NCBI GenBank assembly: GCA_003427395.1
Contig: BFEA01000020.1
Location: 3,735,681-3,799,680, forward strand
Reading direction: 5' to 3'
DNA length: 64,000 nucleotides
Source: Chara braunii
Lineage: Eukaryota > Plantae > Charophyceae
Shown piece after piece: positions 1 to 14,084 of the stretch. Under the pieces are notes generated by a model. The model was not told the DNA's origin. It ran no database searches and saw only the letters and a list, made by a program, of their open reading frames with translations. The first letter of the stretch is position 1. Each line of letters begins with the position of its first letter. The position numbers and the translations under genes were made by a program.

Positions 1-1184
1 CTCTACACGGCCTCATACTTCTGCCATTTGCATGTTACAGAGCAACGCCTCAGCTCCCGCCAACGTCGTTCTGACATCGGCAAACCAGGGGCATAGAACA
101 AAGCAACTTTGCAAATATTAGTCCATCCTTTGGGGCCCCGGGGAATCCCCCCGGTGAAGGAGGAGGCAGAACCCAGAGGTGCGCACCGAATTCCCACAGC
201 GTCCCCTTCCCCCCGTGATCTCCCCCCTCCCATTTACTCACGTTCTTCCTCTCTATTCCTCTCTACTAGCCCACCTCGACCTACACTACCCTCTGCCTGG
301 TCACGTCATCCCCCGACCACCCCACTGTCCTGAGCTGCGATTTGCCTTTTCTCATCCCTCCTCATCCCTCCTCATCCCTCCTCATCCTTCTCGATCAGAC
401 CAAAATCCGACCCAATCCCGATCCCCTCCAACTTGTACCCCGTTTTTTTCCAGAACTTTGATCTCCCAACCCCCCTTGCGAACCTCTCGCCTCGCTTTCT
501 TCATTGTCCAGTCCTGAGCTGCATTTCGCCCTTCCTCATCCCTCCTCATCCTTCTCGATCAGACCCGATCCCGACCCCCTCCGACATGTACCCCGTTCTT
601 TCCAGACTGCGACCTCCCACCCCCCCTTGCGACCCCCCCACCTTGCCTTCTTCAGCCTCTCGACCTCCCTAACCCGCGATCATCAACCCTCCCTGACCCN
701 NNNNNNNNNNNNNNNNNNNNNNNNNNNNNNNNNNNNNNNNNNNNNNNNNNNNNNNNNNNNNNNNNNNNNNNNNNNNNNNNNNNNNNNNNNNNNNNNNNNN
801 NNNNNNNNNNNNNNNNNNNNNNNNNNNNNNNNNNNNNNNNNNNNNNNNNNNNNNNNNNNNNNNNNNNNNNNNNNNNNNNNNNNNNCCTCATTTTTCCAAT
901 CCGACGTCCACCCTGGCCGATCCCGACCCCCACTGATCCGTGCCCCCTCCCGACTCGCACCCCACTTGACCCCGACCCCCTCTGGACTGGCATCCCACCC
1001 GATCCCAACTTCCTCCGACTTGTACCACGCTGCCCAGGAGCTGCAATCTCCCACCGCGCACTCATGCTATCCCCGGTCCACATCACTCCCCACCCACCTT
1101 ACGATTTTCCCACCTCGCTCTTTTTCATCCCTCTAACTTACGCCACGCTGGTTCCGAGGCATGGAGGGAGGCGTGCAAGCAGCT

Positions 1185-1866
1185 TGATTTGATTGATTGA
1201 TTGATTGATTGATGATTTGAATTTACTTATATTCTGCCTTCGACTATCCCCGGCTTGCTTCTGAGTGGAGTTATGCTACGACTACTTTTTAACTGATTGA
1301 TTGATTGGTGATTGACCGAGTGATTGAATTGGCCGAAGCCACGTATGAGGGATTGATTAGTTGATTGATTGATAACGACCCTCCTTTCTTTCGCATACGC
1401 ACCCCGACGATCTCGAGTTAATAGATTAATCGACTGATTGCTTAACTGGTTGGGTTGTTTGATTGATTGACATTAATTGATCGATTGATTGATAGGTTGA
1501 TTGATTGATTGATTGATTAATTGATAGATTGATTAGTTGATAGATTGATGAAACGTTTTTTTTTTAGCGACGAAAAGATCGATCGAGTGGTCAGGGCAGA
1601 TCGTGTTGGCTGATTGAGCGACGAAAAGAAAGAAATACCAAAGCAATCATCCAAGCAATCATTCAAATACAACGGGAGGGTTGTCGTGCGTGCTTCAGTC
1701 GTCCTTGGGCACCTCCCCTTAAAAAAAAAAAAAAAAACTAGGAGGAATCCCCAAAAGGTTTCCCGCAAACTTTTTCGCCAGAGACTGAAAATCGAACTCA
1801 ATAAAAGACTGGCTATCGGGGTTGAGCCGACCGATTAATTGATTGATTGATCGACTAATTGATTGA
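1185..1866. repeat. Interrupted (GATT)n microsatellite region upstream of LINE-A
   Basis: Many runs of ttgattgattga at about 1185-1215, 1290-1330, 1350-1372, 1420-1550 and 1833-1866. Confidence 0.85.
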
Positions 1867-1899
1867 CTACCCGATTGTCCCCCCCCAATAAAAAGAAGC

Positions 1900-4800
1900 A
1901 TGACTATCTTAAAGCATGAGGCGAGAAGAAAAAAAGGGAGGGGAAAGGCACAAGTGGTTTGGTATCAAGGAGCAATGGGACACCACTCGATGGACTGGAG
2001 ACCCCGGGAAAGACAAGAGAGGACGGAGATGGGAGGGGACACAACCTCTTCTTCCTTTCGTTCCCCCCCCCCAAATCACGTGAAGGAGTCAAGCCCCCAA
2101 CCATCCCCCTCCCTAGTGGAACTGTTGAAGGGGGCACAAAAGACGAAGGAGTTGCAACAGGGGAGAGAGGGAAACAAACACCCCCCCAATCGTAGGCAGA
2201 TAAACTCAAAAAAACGTACGCAGGACAAACTTTGTCGGTGAAAAGAAAAGGGAAGGGGGAAGAGAATTTGGAGATCCCATTGGATAACATAACTTCAGCC
2301 TCTGCCTTCTTCCTTGCGAAGTTCCTGGCCGATCCGGAAGACAAAATAGTCAATCAGGGAGGGAAGCAGCACAGGGTGACGGCCCTCCCGGGCAATATAC
2401 TTAAAAGAAAGAGATACAGTCTATACCAAACATGCGAGCACCTGGGTTTTCTATGATGACACAGCATACAAATCGGCAAACGATAAGGTGGGTTGGATCA
2501 GGAAACGTCTGGCAACCCTTAAAGGATCAGAGGAAGGAGCATGAGACTTTTTTCTGATCCAGCCTACCTCGTCGACCGTCTTCACGGTAATCTGCATGTT
2601 CGACTCCGACAAACGGATAATGGACTCCTGGAGGAGCATACCCTGCGGTCGCTCAGAAGTTCGGATATTCCCTTGGTCCCCGCAGAAACAGCAGAAACCA
2701 GAAGAAAAAAGAGAGCAGCTGATGACAGACTACTGGTGGGTAGAATTCAGCGACGTACCCGTAGAAATCCAGGGGGGGTTTGTACAGGAACTGGCTCAGA
2801 AACACGAAATCGTGGACTTCATTGACCCCATCCCCCCTCATGTGGCACCAAGGGATGACTATCTTATGATAGCCTTGGACATGCCCAAAGACCACATCTT
2901 TGTTATTGATGACGTTATCCCCTTTCGAGTGGGGGGGAGGGATTTCCGGATACACACAACACACAAAACTCGGCCCTGGTGTTTCAAATGCCAGGCCTAC
3001 GGGCACCTCTCTCTAGACCGGGAGTGCCCTCACCACCCAGCAAAAAGAGTCAAGGCAACAGGCCGCCTATTACACGACCCATTCAAAAACACTTGGTGGA
3101 GAACGGTGGATGCAGGGCACGAAGGATGGGTGTATGTGGATGAACCGCGAAAAGGAGGCGAGGTAAGGGGGTGGGAGTGGGAGCAAGGCGACGAGGTAAA
3201 CTGGGATACAAAGCCGTCGGACCAATGGTCTCCACCCAAATCAGTAGAAGTGCAAATTGAGAAGACCGTCAATCACTTACACCCCATGCACCCCCACCCC
3301 CAAATGGGAGACAACCCACAGACGAAGACCCCAACAGAACCCAGGCCCTGAGACTTTATCACCCCGACAAATTTGGGGGAATTATGGCAGTCTCCTCCCC
3401 CCAAAAAGAAGACACCCCTCGGTAGGCAAAGCAAGTTGCCAAACCAGCCAACCAAAACGGACAATCGCCTTCATATACTGACAGCAGAGACCCGGGGGAC
3501 CGGAGACAAACAAGTAGCAACACAACAGGACAAACAAGATACGAAATAGAAGCAAAGACAACTGGAACAACAAGCACAGTTAAAATCGTCAGAAGAAGAG
3601 GGGAACGGCAAAAGGCATGAAGGTTTGGAGCCCCCGGGCAGGGTACAAGTAATCCAAGGAAAAGGGAAATAAAAAGGGACACCCTTCGAAAAAGAAAGCG
3701 GAGAATGGAGGAGTAAGAAGGAAGGAGAAGGGGACGGGAGAGGGGGAGGGGGTGGGAGGGGGTCAAGAAGGGAATTGCAACTGGGCCAGGGGAAGGAGGT
3801 ATCCCAGCAGGTGGTCAGCGAGCATATCCAAGAGGAGAAAACAGCCCCCCAAGAACCCCCTACAACGGATTCTTTCCAAGCGTCTCTAGGCAGCAAGGAT
3901 CCCACCCCCCCTGGAATAGACCCCTTCCAACAAGCTTTTGGGCCCCAACCCATGGATTGGGATCCACCGGCGCTCTCCCCGGATGTGGAGATGACAGATA
4001 CTGCACCAGAGGCCTGGGGGTTAAAAGGGGAAGAGGACATAGAGACCAGATTAAGGGATATGGCAGAGTGGCTGATCAAACAGCTATAGACTCTGTACAC
4101 AGGCCAAACAAATACATATTGGGATTAAGTTTATGTACAGTTGTTCTCCCTTCTGGATGGGAGCCCTAGCCTGAAACAGGCCATGCAGCAGGGTTTATCT
4201 CAGGACATGGATGGGCAGCAGGTGTTGAACAGGATTTGGAATATTGTACATAGAACATTCCAGCCTCCCGCACCTGCCGAAGCACCCCAAACGACCGATG
4301 CACACAATTTGTCTAAGGCAGATAAGCTCCCACCGCACCCCCCCGATCAGCCTCCCTCAGAGGACGTCGCACGACAGGCCACACACACCACACATACAGG
4401 GTCAGAAGAAAGAGAGACAGCAGAGGTAGAGGAGACACACCCGTCAAAACGAGCCAAGTTGCGCCACCTAATTGAAAAAGGGTTATACCACAAGAGTGTG
4501 TCGAAGGGAGATAAGGTACTGGTCTTACCTATTAGGAAGAAGGCTGAGAAGTGGGAGTTGGGTTTGTCACCCGCAAAATCCGTGGACCCGTATACCCCTG
4601 CCTACGGAGGAATGACATCACAGGGATGGCATATGCAGAGGGAAGGGGCACTCAGAACCTCCGGAGTGACTGAATTCATAACTAGTCACTACGAGCCGGG
4701 TGCAATGACTACCGTTAGCGTTTCAACGGAGGGTCTGAAAATTGCCTATAAGGATCTTTATGTGAGATTCAAAGAAAACAAAGAGGCGGGGCTGCAATGG

Positions 4801-4947
4801 CATACACACAACACTCTCTTAGATGTTCAACAACTAAAAATCAAGCCGAGTAATATCTGGTCTACAAAGGAACTGATGATATGCATTTGCATAATTCTAA
4901 GGAAGAATATACTCAACAGGGGAATTGATTGGGAAACGCAAGAATGA
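1900..4947 (+). pseudogene. LINE-A ORF1 (gag-like; stops and frameshifts)
   Basis: ORF 2596-3351 contains WCFKCQAYGHLSLDRECP (CCHC knuckle). Further pieces at 1900-2241, 2232-2456, 3775-4089 and 4141-4947. Confidence 0.75.
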
Positions 4948-5059
4948 ACGCAGCTTTCAAACAGATGAGGTAGGGTCCAGGTGCACATAGTCAAACGTGG
5001 TTAGAACTAAAAAAATGGACTGGGTAGAAAGGGTATATGAGAAAACCCAAAAGTGGAAA

Positions 5060-8000
5060 CGCATGCTACAGCAAGCGGACTTGGACATCAGAACGATTAA
5101 CGTAAATGGCTTAGCATCACGCAACCCTGAAACAATGAGAGCACTATAGGATCTGATGAGAGGGGTGGGGGGAAGGTTGTGGCCGGACGTAGTATGCGTG
5201 CAAGAAACCCACTTAATGGACATACTCGAGCATCGCAGGGCCCATAAACAAGTGTAGCCCTATCAAAGCTACCAAGCCATTGCCTCACGACCGGGGAGCT
5301 CCGGGGTGGCAGTTTGGATCCCTCCCGAATCAAGACTAGAAGTACTTTATTGAGAGAAGGATGAGGAGGAGGGTCGATGGGTGAAAATCTTGGGGATGTT
5401 AGAATTAGAAGTAGTCTGCACAATAGCTATTTATACCCCTAACACAACCCGAGAAAGACAGACCTTCTTCAAAAAAATAAAAACCATCCCTATTCCAGGG
5501 GTTCCGCTGGTGCTAGCAGGAGATTTCAATGCCGCACCAGAAAGATGACTTAATCGATGGAGAGTCTCTCAGACCAATGCATATAACGCAGAGGAGGACA
5601 AGCGGATGTTGACGAAATTATGTGCGTCCCTGTTGCTGTTTGACACCTTCAGACGTAGTCACCCTATGGAAAAAAACCTTTACCTGTATTCAAAATCATG
5701 ATCCCGCTAGACTATCCAAATCCCGTATCGACTTAATCCTGGCTTTTAAAGATTTGGGAGGTGGCTTTCAATGGTAGCAATATTACCAATTAGCCCCTAC
5801 CTCGGATTGGACTACAGGATGGGCATGGCGGTCTGGATGCTACGTAAACGACCTGACCAAGGAGCCAGCTACTACAAACTAAATACCTCTCTGCTTAGAA
5901 CTAAATCCTTCCAGAGATACCTACGACAGGCCTGAGACTTTTGAAAAACTTGTTGCCCACAGCAAGAATCGCAAGTTACCTGATTCAATAACGTTTTTTT
6001 TTTCATGGCAAAAAAAACAATGAATTCTCTAAACAACTAGCTGCTCAGAGATACCAACAAGAGATTACAATTATGCACAACTTAGTAGAGACAGAACAAG
6101 AGCAAAATTCGCAAGGGCAGGAACAAAGGACCGATGAATTACAGGAGCGTATTCAAGACTTTAAAAAATAACTTTTTGAACATGCAAAGTATCGATGGCA
6201 AGGAGTCTAGACAAGGGCAAGGCTATCCAGATTTTCTACTGAGGGAATGATGGATTCTCATTTCTTCAGCATGGTTAAAGCAAGCATCCCGAGGACAACA
6301 ATTGAAGGCCTCTATAAACCCAGAGCCGAGGATGCAGACCCAGCCATAACCACAACTCGCTGTACCAAAACAACATATGACTTCTACAAAGATCTGTTCT
6401 CCTCACATATAGACAAATCAGACGCTCTACGCCACGATCAACTGATAAGAGAATTCATGGTACCCATGAACAAAGTCTTGACATCTGAACAACGCGATTC
6501 CTTGGAAACTCCTCTCTCCAAAAGCGAGATATGGACTGCCCTCCTTTAAATGAAGGAGGAAAGGGCACCAAGGATAGATGGTTTCCCAAAGGAATTTTGG
6601 AAAACCATACGAGACTTCATGAGTCAAGATGTAATGGACTTCTATGACGAGGTATGGCTCACAGGGGGAATGGGGGAACGGGTGGGGCAAGGGATCCTAA
6701 CCCTTCTATATAAAAAAAAGGATAAGATGGACATGAGAAACTACAGACTAATCACACTGCTTACAATAGTGTATAAAATGTTGTCCAAGGCCTTTGCGAA
6801 CATGATGATCTCAATTATGGAGGATATCATCCACCTCGCTCAAACGGGATTCATGGAAAATAGGAACGTACAAGAAAATATTATGCTAATCCATGAAATC
6901 CTTCAACTTACAAGACACTCACGCCAAAATGCGGCCCTCGTTTTTATTGACTTCGAAAAAACTTATGATCATGTGGACTGGTTGTTCCCGGATAAGTGCC
7001 TAGAAAAAATGAACTTTGGACAAAACTTCAGACGTTGGATACAAATATTGCACCAAAACGCCACTACGTGTGTCCAAATCAACGGGAGTCTTGCACCACC
7101 TGTACAGTTACAGCACTCGGTCCGTCAGGGGGACCCAATTGTCCCCTTCCTCTTTTTAATCATTATGGAAGCATTAGCTGTCAACCTTTGGGCAAATAAA
7201 AATATCACTAAAATTAGAGTTACACGCATCCCCGAGGATGCGATCCCGGTGTGCTCCTTGTTCGCAGACGACCTGACAATAATGGCGAAGACCACACATC
7301 ATAACATGGAGGAAATCCATCAGATGATGGAAAGGTTTGTGAGGGTATCCGATATGAGAGTGAACTGGGGTACAAGATACAAGGATGGTGAATTCACTAT
7401 CAAAAGGGGCGCCCGCCAGAATTACCACGCATTGCATGAAAGCCACTAGATGCCCCATTGAGGATCCGGAGAGTATTTATGACTACGGAGGGACGACCAC
7501 CAATAAATGACAAATGGATAGGCACCCCGACCCAACATAAACTAAATAACTGAAAAAATAAACACACATCACTTTTCGGACGTGCCTTGGTGCTAAACAA
7601 TATGATTTCCGCAACACTATGGTATAAATCATTTTTGTGCCCCTTGAGCAAACCGGCCTTAAGAAGCCTTAAAAGAAAAGCTGCAACTTTTTTACGGAGG
7701 GAAGATGGAGAGCTGACCAACGCAATAAGTCGTGTGGCCTGGAACTCAGTCATACAACCGAAAGCAGTGGGAGGCTTGAGGATAATTGACCCTGCCATGC
7801 AAGTGCACGCGTTGCAAGTCAAATGGATTAAAAAGCTCATTTTTGCCCCCCAGAACCCGTGGTGCACCTTAGCTTTGGAACATCTGGCTCGATTGGCCCC
7901 AGCAACCCCCCGTACGGTCCACCCGCTGACCTGGCTGGAGGATCACTTATGGGCAATCCCGCGCAAACTCCCACGTGGAAGGGAGGGCTCAGAAGAGGGA

Positions 8001-9560
8001 GGACAAAGTTTGGATAGCTTTTAGCCATCCCTGCTGCAAACCTGGCGGAAGCTGCCGCTCCCAAAAAAGGTCTGCCCCAACCGATGGGAAAAAATCTATC
8101 GCCGACCCCTGTTTGGAAATAGATGGGTGACAGACGCGAGGGGCTGCGTCATGATAAACTCATCTTCGCCCTGGAAAAGTTGGGTAAAAAATGGAATACT
8201 TAGAGTAGGGGACCTTTGGGACAATGACACGCAAGATTGGAAAACAAGAGACCAACAACGAGATATCCTAAGATACTGCCATCACACAGAGGATTCATTA
8301 GAAAACATTATAGAACTTATACGGTTGGATTGATACCGAGTCCTCAAACGGGGCCCCGCCCTGAAAGAAGGAGACTGGGTGGTAAGAACGGGGCCCCCGT
8401 TGAGCGTTGGTCTGACCCACATGGTTTCACCTCAGACAGTCTTGGTTGAAGACTATGCTATAACCAAAACGGGTGTTCTTCAGGGAAGCAGGGCACCCTT
8501 CGTATGGAGAGATAAAATGGCATTACAAAGGGCAAGGGTTCTAGAAGAGAAGGGCCAAAGAGTTGCTTTCTAGACAAAAAGACCAATTCAAGATCTGTCT
8601 TTCGATCCAGTAGAATGAATTTGGCCACATCCTCAAAGGAGAGGGTGCTTGAATAGGTCATACTAGTCTAGGGCAGATGTCGGTTAAATCTGCCTACAAG
8701 ATGCTCAGACCCAAAAGGCACTTGAAAGACATGATTGATGACAGATGGGCTAGGCACTTGAACGTGGACGGTTCCCTCCTTTCTTCGATCAAATGGTTTA
8801 AGGAACAAAAATTTAAGCTTATGAAAATTACTTCTCTACAGTGGCAGATAGCTCACCGCTGTCTCCCAACCAACGACTGGCTAACGGACCGTATAAACCT
8901 CGAACAAAGGGGGCTACTGCTCCCATGGGGACAACGATGTCAGGGTATTTTTCCCTTTTACAAAAAGGCGGAGACCATTGAGCATATTTTTATGCAATGT
9001 CCGATAGCGCAGTTCATATGGAGAAGGTGGGACCGCATCTGGTGAAAAATGGAACCAGACACCCCCTGGCCCTGGACATGGCAAGCTATATTGGCAGGTC
9101 ATTGGCCGCCAGCAGCAACAACCACAACTTTTGTAGAAAATATGTATAGACTGGGAAGGAGGGTGGTGATATGGGCACTCTGGTGACAAAGGTGTATTCC
9201 GACCATGAAAAAAGTACGGGTGGAGGGGCCGTAGATTGAGGAACAAATTCGACAGCAGATCCAACTAGAACTCACGCAAAGATGGTCGGATACAAAGTCA
9301 CAGCTAGACCTTGTCAACCAAACAGGAGATATCAGGAGACGGATCACGAGTTTTTGCACAGATTGGATAGGAGGGGGAAAAGAGGGCTGGATAGCAAAAG
9401 TGGAGTGGAGTGGGGACATAAAAGAAGAGACACGGGATTTAGAAGAAATGAGAGATTATCGGTTGGTTTTCAAGGATTGGACTAACATAGAACCTTAATC
9501 CCCGCTACGCCCTCCCTCAAGACTTCCAAGACTCTTTCCCACCACATGCCCTATCACTGG
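5060..9560 (+). pseudogene. LINE-A ORF2 (APE endonuclease, reverse transcriptase, zinc finger), disrupted
   Basis: EN motifs TINVNGL, CVQETHL, LAGDFNA, SRIDLI. RT motifs APRIDGFP, NYRLITLL, IDFEKTYDHVDW, VRQGDP, LFADD (6550-7449). C-terminal ETIEHIFMQCP (8677-9045). Confidence 0.92.
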
Positions 9561-10439
9561 TTGAAATCCTGGCTTGAACTGTCCTAAACTGCAGCAAAAG
9601 GAACCCTCCTTGGTGCCCCCTGGGGAGGGATCCTGCTAACCCTCACAACAAGAACGGCTGGAGAGTGTACTCCTCGAAATGGTATCGACACTTAATGGCT
9701 CATCTGGCGCCTCCCTCGGGGAGGTGAAGAGATACGGAGGACAAAGGCTACGTTACTATACAGCTAGACACTTTGGACACACACACCTGCTCAGTCAATC
9801 CCCTGGGAGACAGGGCAATCAATGCTGGCAGGCCTCATAACCATGCTTCTCAAACGACTCTATATATGGAAAAAAAAAAAGTTCAGATTCGACTATCTCT
9901 AAAATCCTATATCCCGAATGAGGAAGAAGGCCAGATGCTGCCAAGAATTACAGAACACCAGAAAGCTTGATATAACATGTTTGAAAACTATGGAATTTTG
10001 AAGCACCTATTTTGTAGACTAATCTCCCCACTCCCCTCCTACCCACCCTATCCCAACGCTGCCTCCACCGAAACAGATTACCCAGATTACAGGCATCCGA
10101 TCTCAGCCCAACTTGGGGCAGTCCCACATTCCCCCCTCTTATCACACAAAGGCATACAGTTCCCTCCTAAAGTATACCTCTGCCGAACTTTTATCCTAAT
10201 ATGCCCCCGCTAGGATGTGTACCCCCACCCCCACCCCCACCCCCACCCCAGATAGGACAACCCACTAAATCTGCTCGCACCCCCTCCAAGGCTTCACCTC
10301 CCGCCTTGCGTCGCCTCTGCAGAGTGGAGCTCTCCCCTGTTCACTCCGCCTTCCGTCTATCAGAAAAAAACGTCAATGCTCAGAGAGGAGAATATTGATA
10401 TCAGGAACAAACATTCAAACCAATGAATCTGTCGTTACA

Positions 10440-10518
10440 ACATGGGAAGATACACTGCCAACACGGCCATATTTTTAGTCTATGACAGTCAAAAAAATGG
10501 CGGTGTATCTTCCCATGT
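10440..10518. repeat. 79-bp hairpin or mini-MITE with 21-bp inverted repeats
   Basis: acatgggaagatacactgcca (10440-10460) versus tggcggtgtatcttcccatgt (10498-10518), one mismatch. Confidence 0.7.
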
Positions 10519-10553
<35 letters not shown>

Positions 10554-11505
10554 TCCAGGGTGTTGTAGAGGCCAATCAGTGTGTGCACATTGATCACCTG
10601 GAACTGTGAGTCGTGGGTGTCCTGGAATATGAGACCACCTCCCAACCCATTCTCACGTCAATACCCCTAGCGCACCCCCTATCCCATTATTCTACCTCAG
10701 TGTGACCAGCACTCAGGACCATTGCCCTACCAACCGGCAGGCAACTTGGACCGAACAACAGTGATAGGCACTAGGGCTGATAGATTGCCCAGCCCTGGTG
10801 GAAGAGGAATCGGACGAACCTTGTCGAACGGAAACTTCGGACGCCAGGCCCAGACAATGAACTACAGGCTCTCTCTCTCTCTATATAGAGCCACCAGATA
10901 GTTCTATCTGAATATCAGTAGGAACTGCACCCAATGGCACCCTATCCAACCTACCTGAACCTACTGCAGGCACTAGACCCCACCAGTGACTAGCTCCCCA
11001 GCCTGTTTTTTGTGTATATATTCTGTGAATCTGTGTAGACAGTATCATGTATGGAAACTTGTGTATGTAACTTGTAAGCAATATATAATTTGCAAGCTAT
11101 GTGTGTAGGCCCGTAAGCTATGTGTACTCTGTGAATCATGTATCGAGGAGAGAACGGGCCAGCTGGACAAGGACACCCCCCAAGGACCGAACAAAGCTTG
11201 AACCCGTGACCTTGTAACATGTAATCCAAGACTCTACCGTATGAGCAACAACCGGAAACGTAATGATCGTGTGATATGCCATACAGGAGAGAACATCAGA
11301 GCACCCGAGACCAACACCCCAAGCAAACCCTGTGAAACCCACAACCAACATACAACACTGTGGACTACCCTTGGGTGGTGCACAAACAATGTCTGTAATA
11401 GTACCATGCGTCAACCCAAGGGGATGTGCGTCCAACCGTTAACGCCCTGTCGGTGTCTATGCGCAAGGCTGCGGGGTTTGAACCCGCAACCTTATACCAC
11501 AATGT

Positions 11506-14084
11506 TGTGACGCCCAACCTCACGCACAGCGCGACTTCCTGATCGGAGTGGGATGGGGGCCCGGAAGTGCGAAAAGGGGTGTGCCAAGGATTTCAGGAAA
11601 GTGGGGGTGGAGTCCCAGGTCGGAACTTAGATCTTTTGTGGCAAGTTTCGGGGGTATAAGCGCAAAGAAGGTGTGCACAGGTCGTATTTGGCACTTCTAA
11701 TTTTCGTAAGATGGAGGGTAGACGACTTATCGGGACTTGTGCACAAACGGAAAGCTGTTGATGTCGTATAGCATAAGGCAGATGGCATGCGCAGTGCATC
11801 TCAGGCTAAAGATCCCAGGGTTCTCCCACAATCACAGCACTGATAAATCTAAACACTCGTGCATTCTTGAATAAAATCCCAACAACATTGCCCCTGCCAA
11901 CGAACTGAATTTTCAAGCCTAAAAGAAATGGGAATCACCATCTTCTCTGGTTTCTCCTTCGTGGCTGGTCGCACGGTTCGACTAGTTGTTGGCGCCGCTC
12001 GGCCTCGGTTCAGGCTCGCCGAGCGGTTTCCGAGCCTCGGTATGCCTGGTGCTGCCGACACTTTTCGCACGGCATGCGGGGCCAATAGCAGGCTATGGAA
12101 TTCCACGGCACCACTGTGAGCTGGTGATATGGAAGGAGGAGGCGAAAGGGAGGGAAACTGGTAGTAATAATGACGAAGCTGGGGGATAGTATGAACTATT
12201 GCGTGTTATAAGTATCCGGGTAGTCGGGGCCCCTACGATCAATAGTTATGGCACAGGGAAAGTCCCTTGCCCACAATCGATCGTTTTCTGTCAGACAGGG
12301 GAATTCCGGATTTCTTAAGTTTCCCCGCCATCTGAGCCGTTCACTTTCCCAGTATTCACGGTACTCTGGATCTCTCAGGTTCTCACGATCGGACGTCAAA
12401 GAGAGAAATTCCGCAGCCATATTCGTTTAGCAAACTCGGTCCCCTGCATTCTTATATGTGGTCCAAAACTGACTCACACAGACGAGTGCGTACGTGGCGA
12501 CTCAATTTTCTCGAGATCACGGTCGTACGCGAGCGTGCATGTGAGAAACAACGGATTGGTTCAGCATGCCGATCGCGTTTAACATTCATGTAGATATCCT
12601 ATCCCTGCTGCGTCGGGTGAGATCCGATCATTACATATCATATATGTGACAAATAAAAGAAAGGGGGAAGGAGGGGACAAGACAATCAACTTCTCACGAC
12701 ACTCTTAGTGACCGAAAGTTAACGACTAAACCAAAATATCCATAATAACGACTAAATCAAAACATCCATAATCGAGCGTTTTCAATCGCAAGTGAACAGT
12801 AGACACAGTCGCAACGGATATCGCAAAACAAGACTGAAAATCCGAAAAGATCGCTAATAAAGGGGATTCACATTCATTCCATGCATGCATACGAGGTAAA
12901 AATTACAAGGAAAATCCGAGACGATTTACAAGAGAAGTCCAAAAAAGACCGCGATAAAATCGACCATATCCGGATCCAAAATTATACAGATGAACAAAGG
13001 AAAGAAAGAGACAATGGAAAAAACCTCATCCCATACCCACACAACTGCTCTCTCTCTCTCTCTACCTCTCTCTCTCCCGATGCAGGTAGTCTGTCGCCTC
13101 GCATCAACACAGAGTTGTCACCCCGCTTGGTTCGAGCATGCAAGCAAGGTTCGCCCGTGCACCATAGTTTCTCGCGGCCCCGCACGTCAACCCCGCATAC
13201 CCGACACCAGTTCGTCGGATCACTAAACTCTCGCACTCACTCACCTTCCAAACTTGCTCGTTAGCCGACCCTCACTGATCGCGGTAACCTCGAAATTCTT
13301 AGAGAGAAAACTAATCACGCTTGCAAAATTTATAGCATGCATGCCTGCGCGAAAGGTACGGGATTAAGCCCAGGTGGACAAGAGGAGAAAAGAGGAGGTG
13401 CCTACGTCTTGCATGGCCAAGCCGCAGCGTGGGGGTCATAGCCACACTCCACTCATCGATCCGTTCATGCAAGCGTTCCGGCCAATTACAACAGAGTATG
13501 CGTGGAGAGAAAGAAAGGTGAAGGCGGGTGAACATGAGGAAACCGAGAAAGAAGAAAGATACAGTCACAATCGTGCCCGCTAAAAACGACAGCTACACAG
13601 GATTAAGGGCGCGATCCAGTCAGAGCCCAGTTCCCAGCGCAGCAAGATGCTTGGAAGCGCGACTCAACAAAATTCAGAGTGCCTAAATTCCTGGTCTAAG
13701 TCCTGATTGCAAAAAGAAATTATGAGAAAAGTAGAAAAGAAAAACAATTCCGCGAGCCCGTGGGGGCTCGACATCAGTTGAAAATTCAAAAACGATATTC
13801 CCGCGCGATGATCGCGCCAAAATTCTCAGCGCTCACAGCAGAACAAGAAAAAAGTTATGGTATTGTTATTTCTCGCGCTTGCTAAGGCACAACTACCCAA
13901 GCGTTGGCACGGGATTTTCCCAACATCGACCTGACAACTTTCAGTAGAAAACGAAAAGAAACGAGGACGTCCATGCAATTTGCCGCCCGACCCATCTTCC
14001 CGTAACTCACCCATCCGACCCGTCTCATTTCCCCAGGCAGCCTTGTGCAGAAAGTCGCGCGATTACAGAAAATGATTCGTCACA
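11506..14084 (-). repeat. Gypsy-1 3' LTR
   Basis: Starts tgtgacgccca at 11506 and ends cgtcaca at 14084. Colinear with 23236-25997. Confidence 0.92.

Larger units (their letters stand above)
1900..9880 (+). mobile_element. LINE-A: near full-length decayed L1/Tx1-clade non-LTR retrotransposon
   Basis: ORF1 with zinc knuckle, then ORF2 with APE endonuclease, RT and C-terminal zinc-finger motifs, a 3' UTR and an A-tract at about 9870-9880. The 5' boundary is approximate. Confidence 0.9.

Noticed and set aside
1-1136. Pro/Ser-rich ORFs in a C-rich region
   Set aside because: Low complexity, spans an N-gap, no domain motifs.
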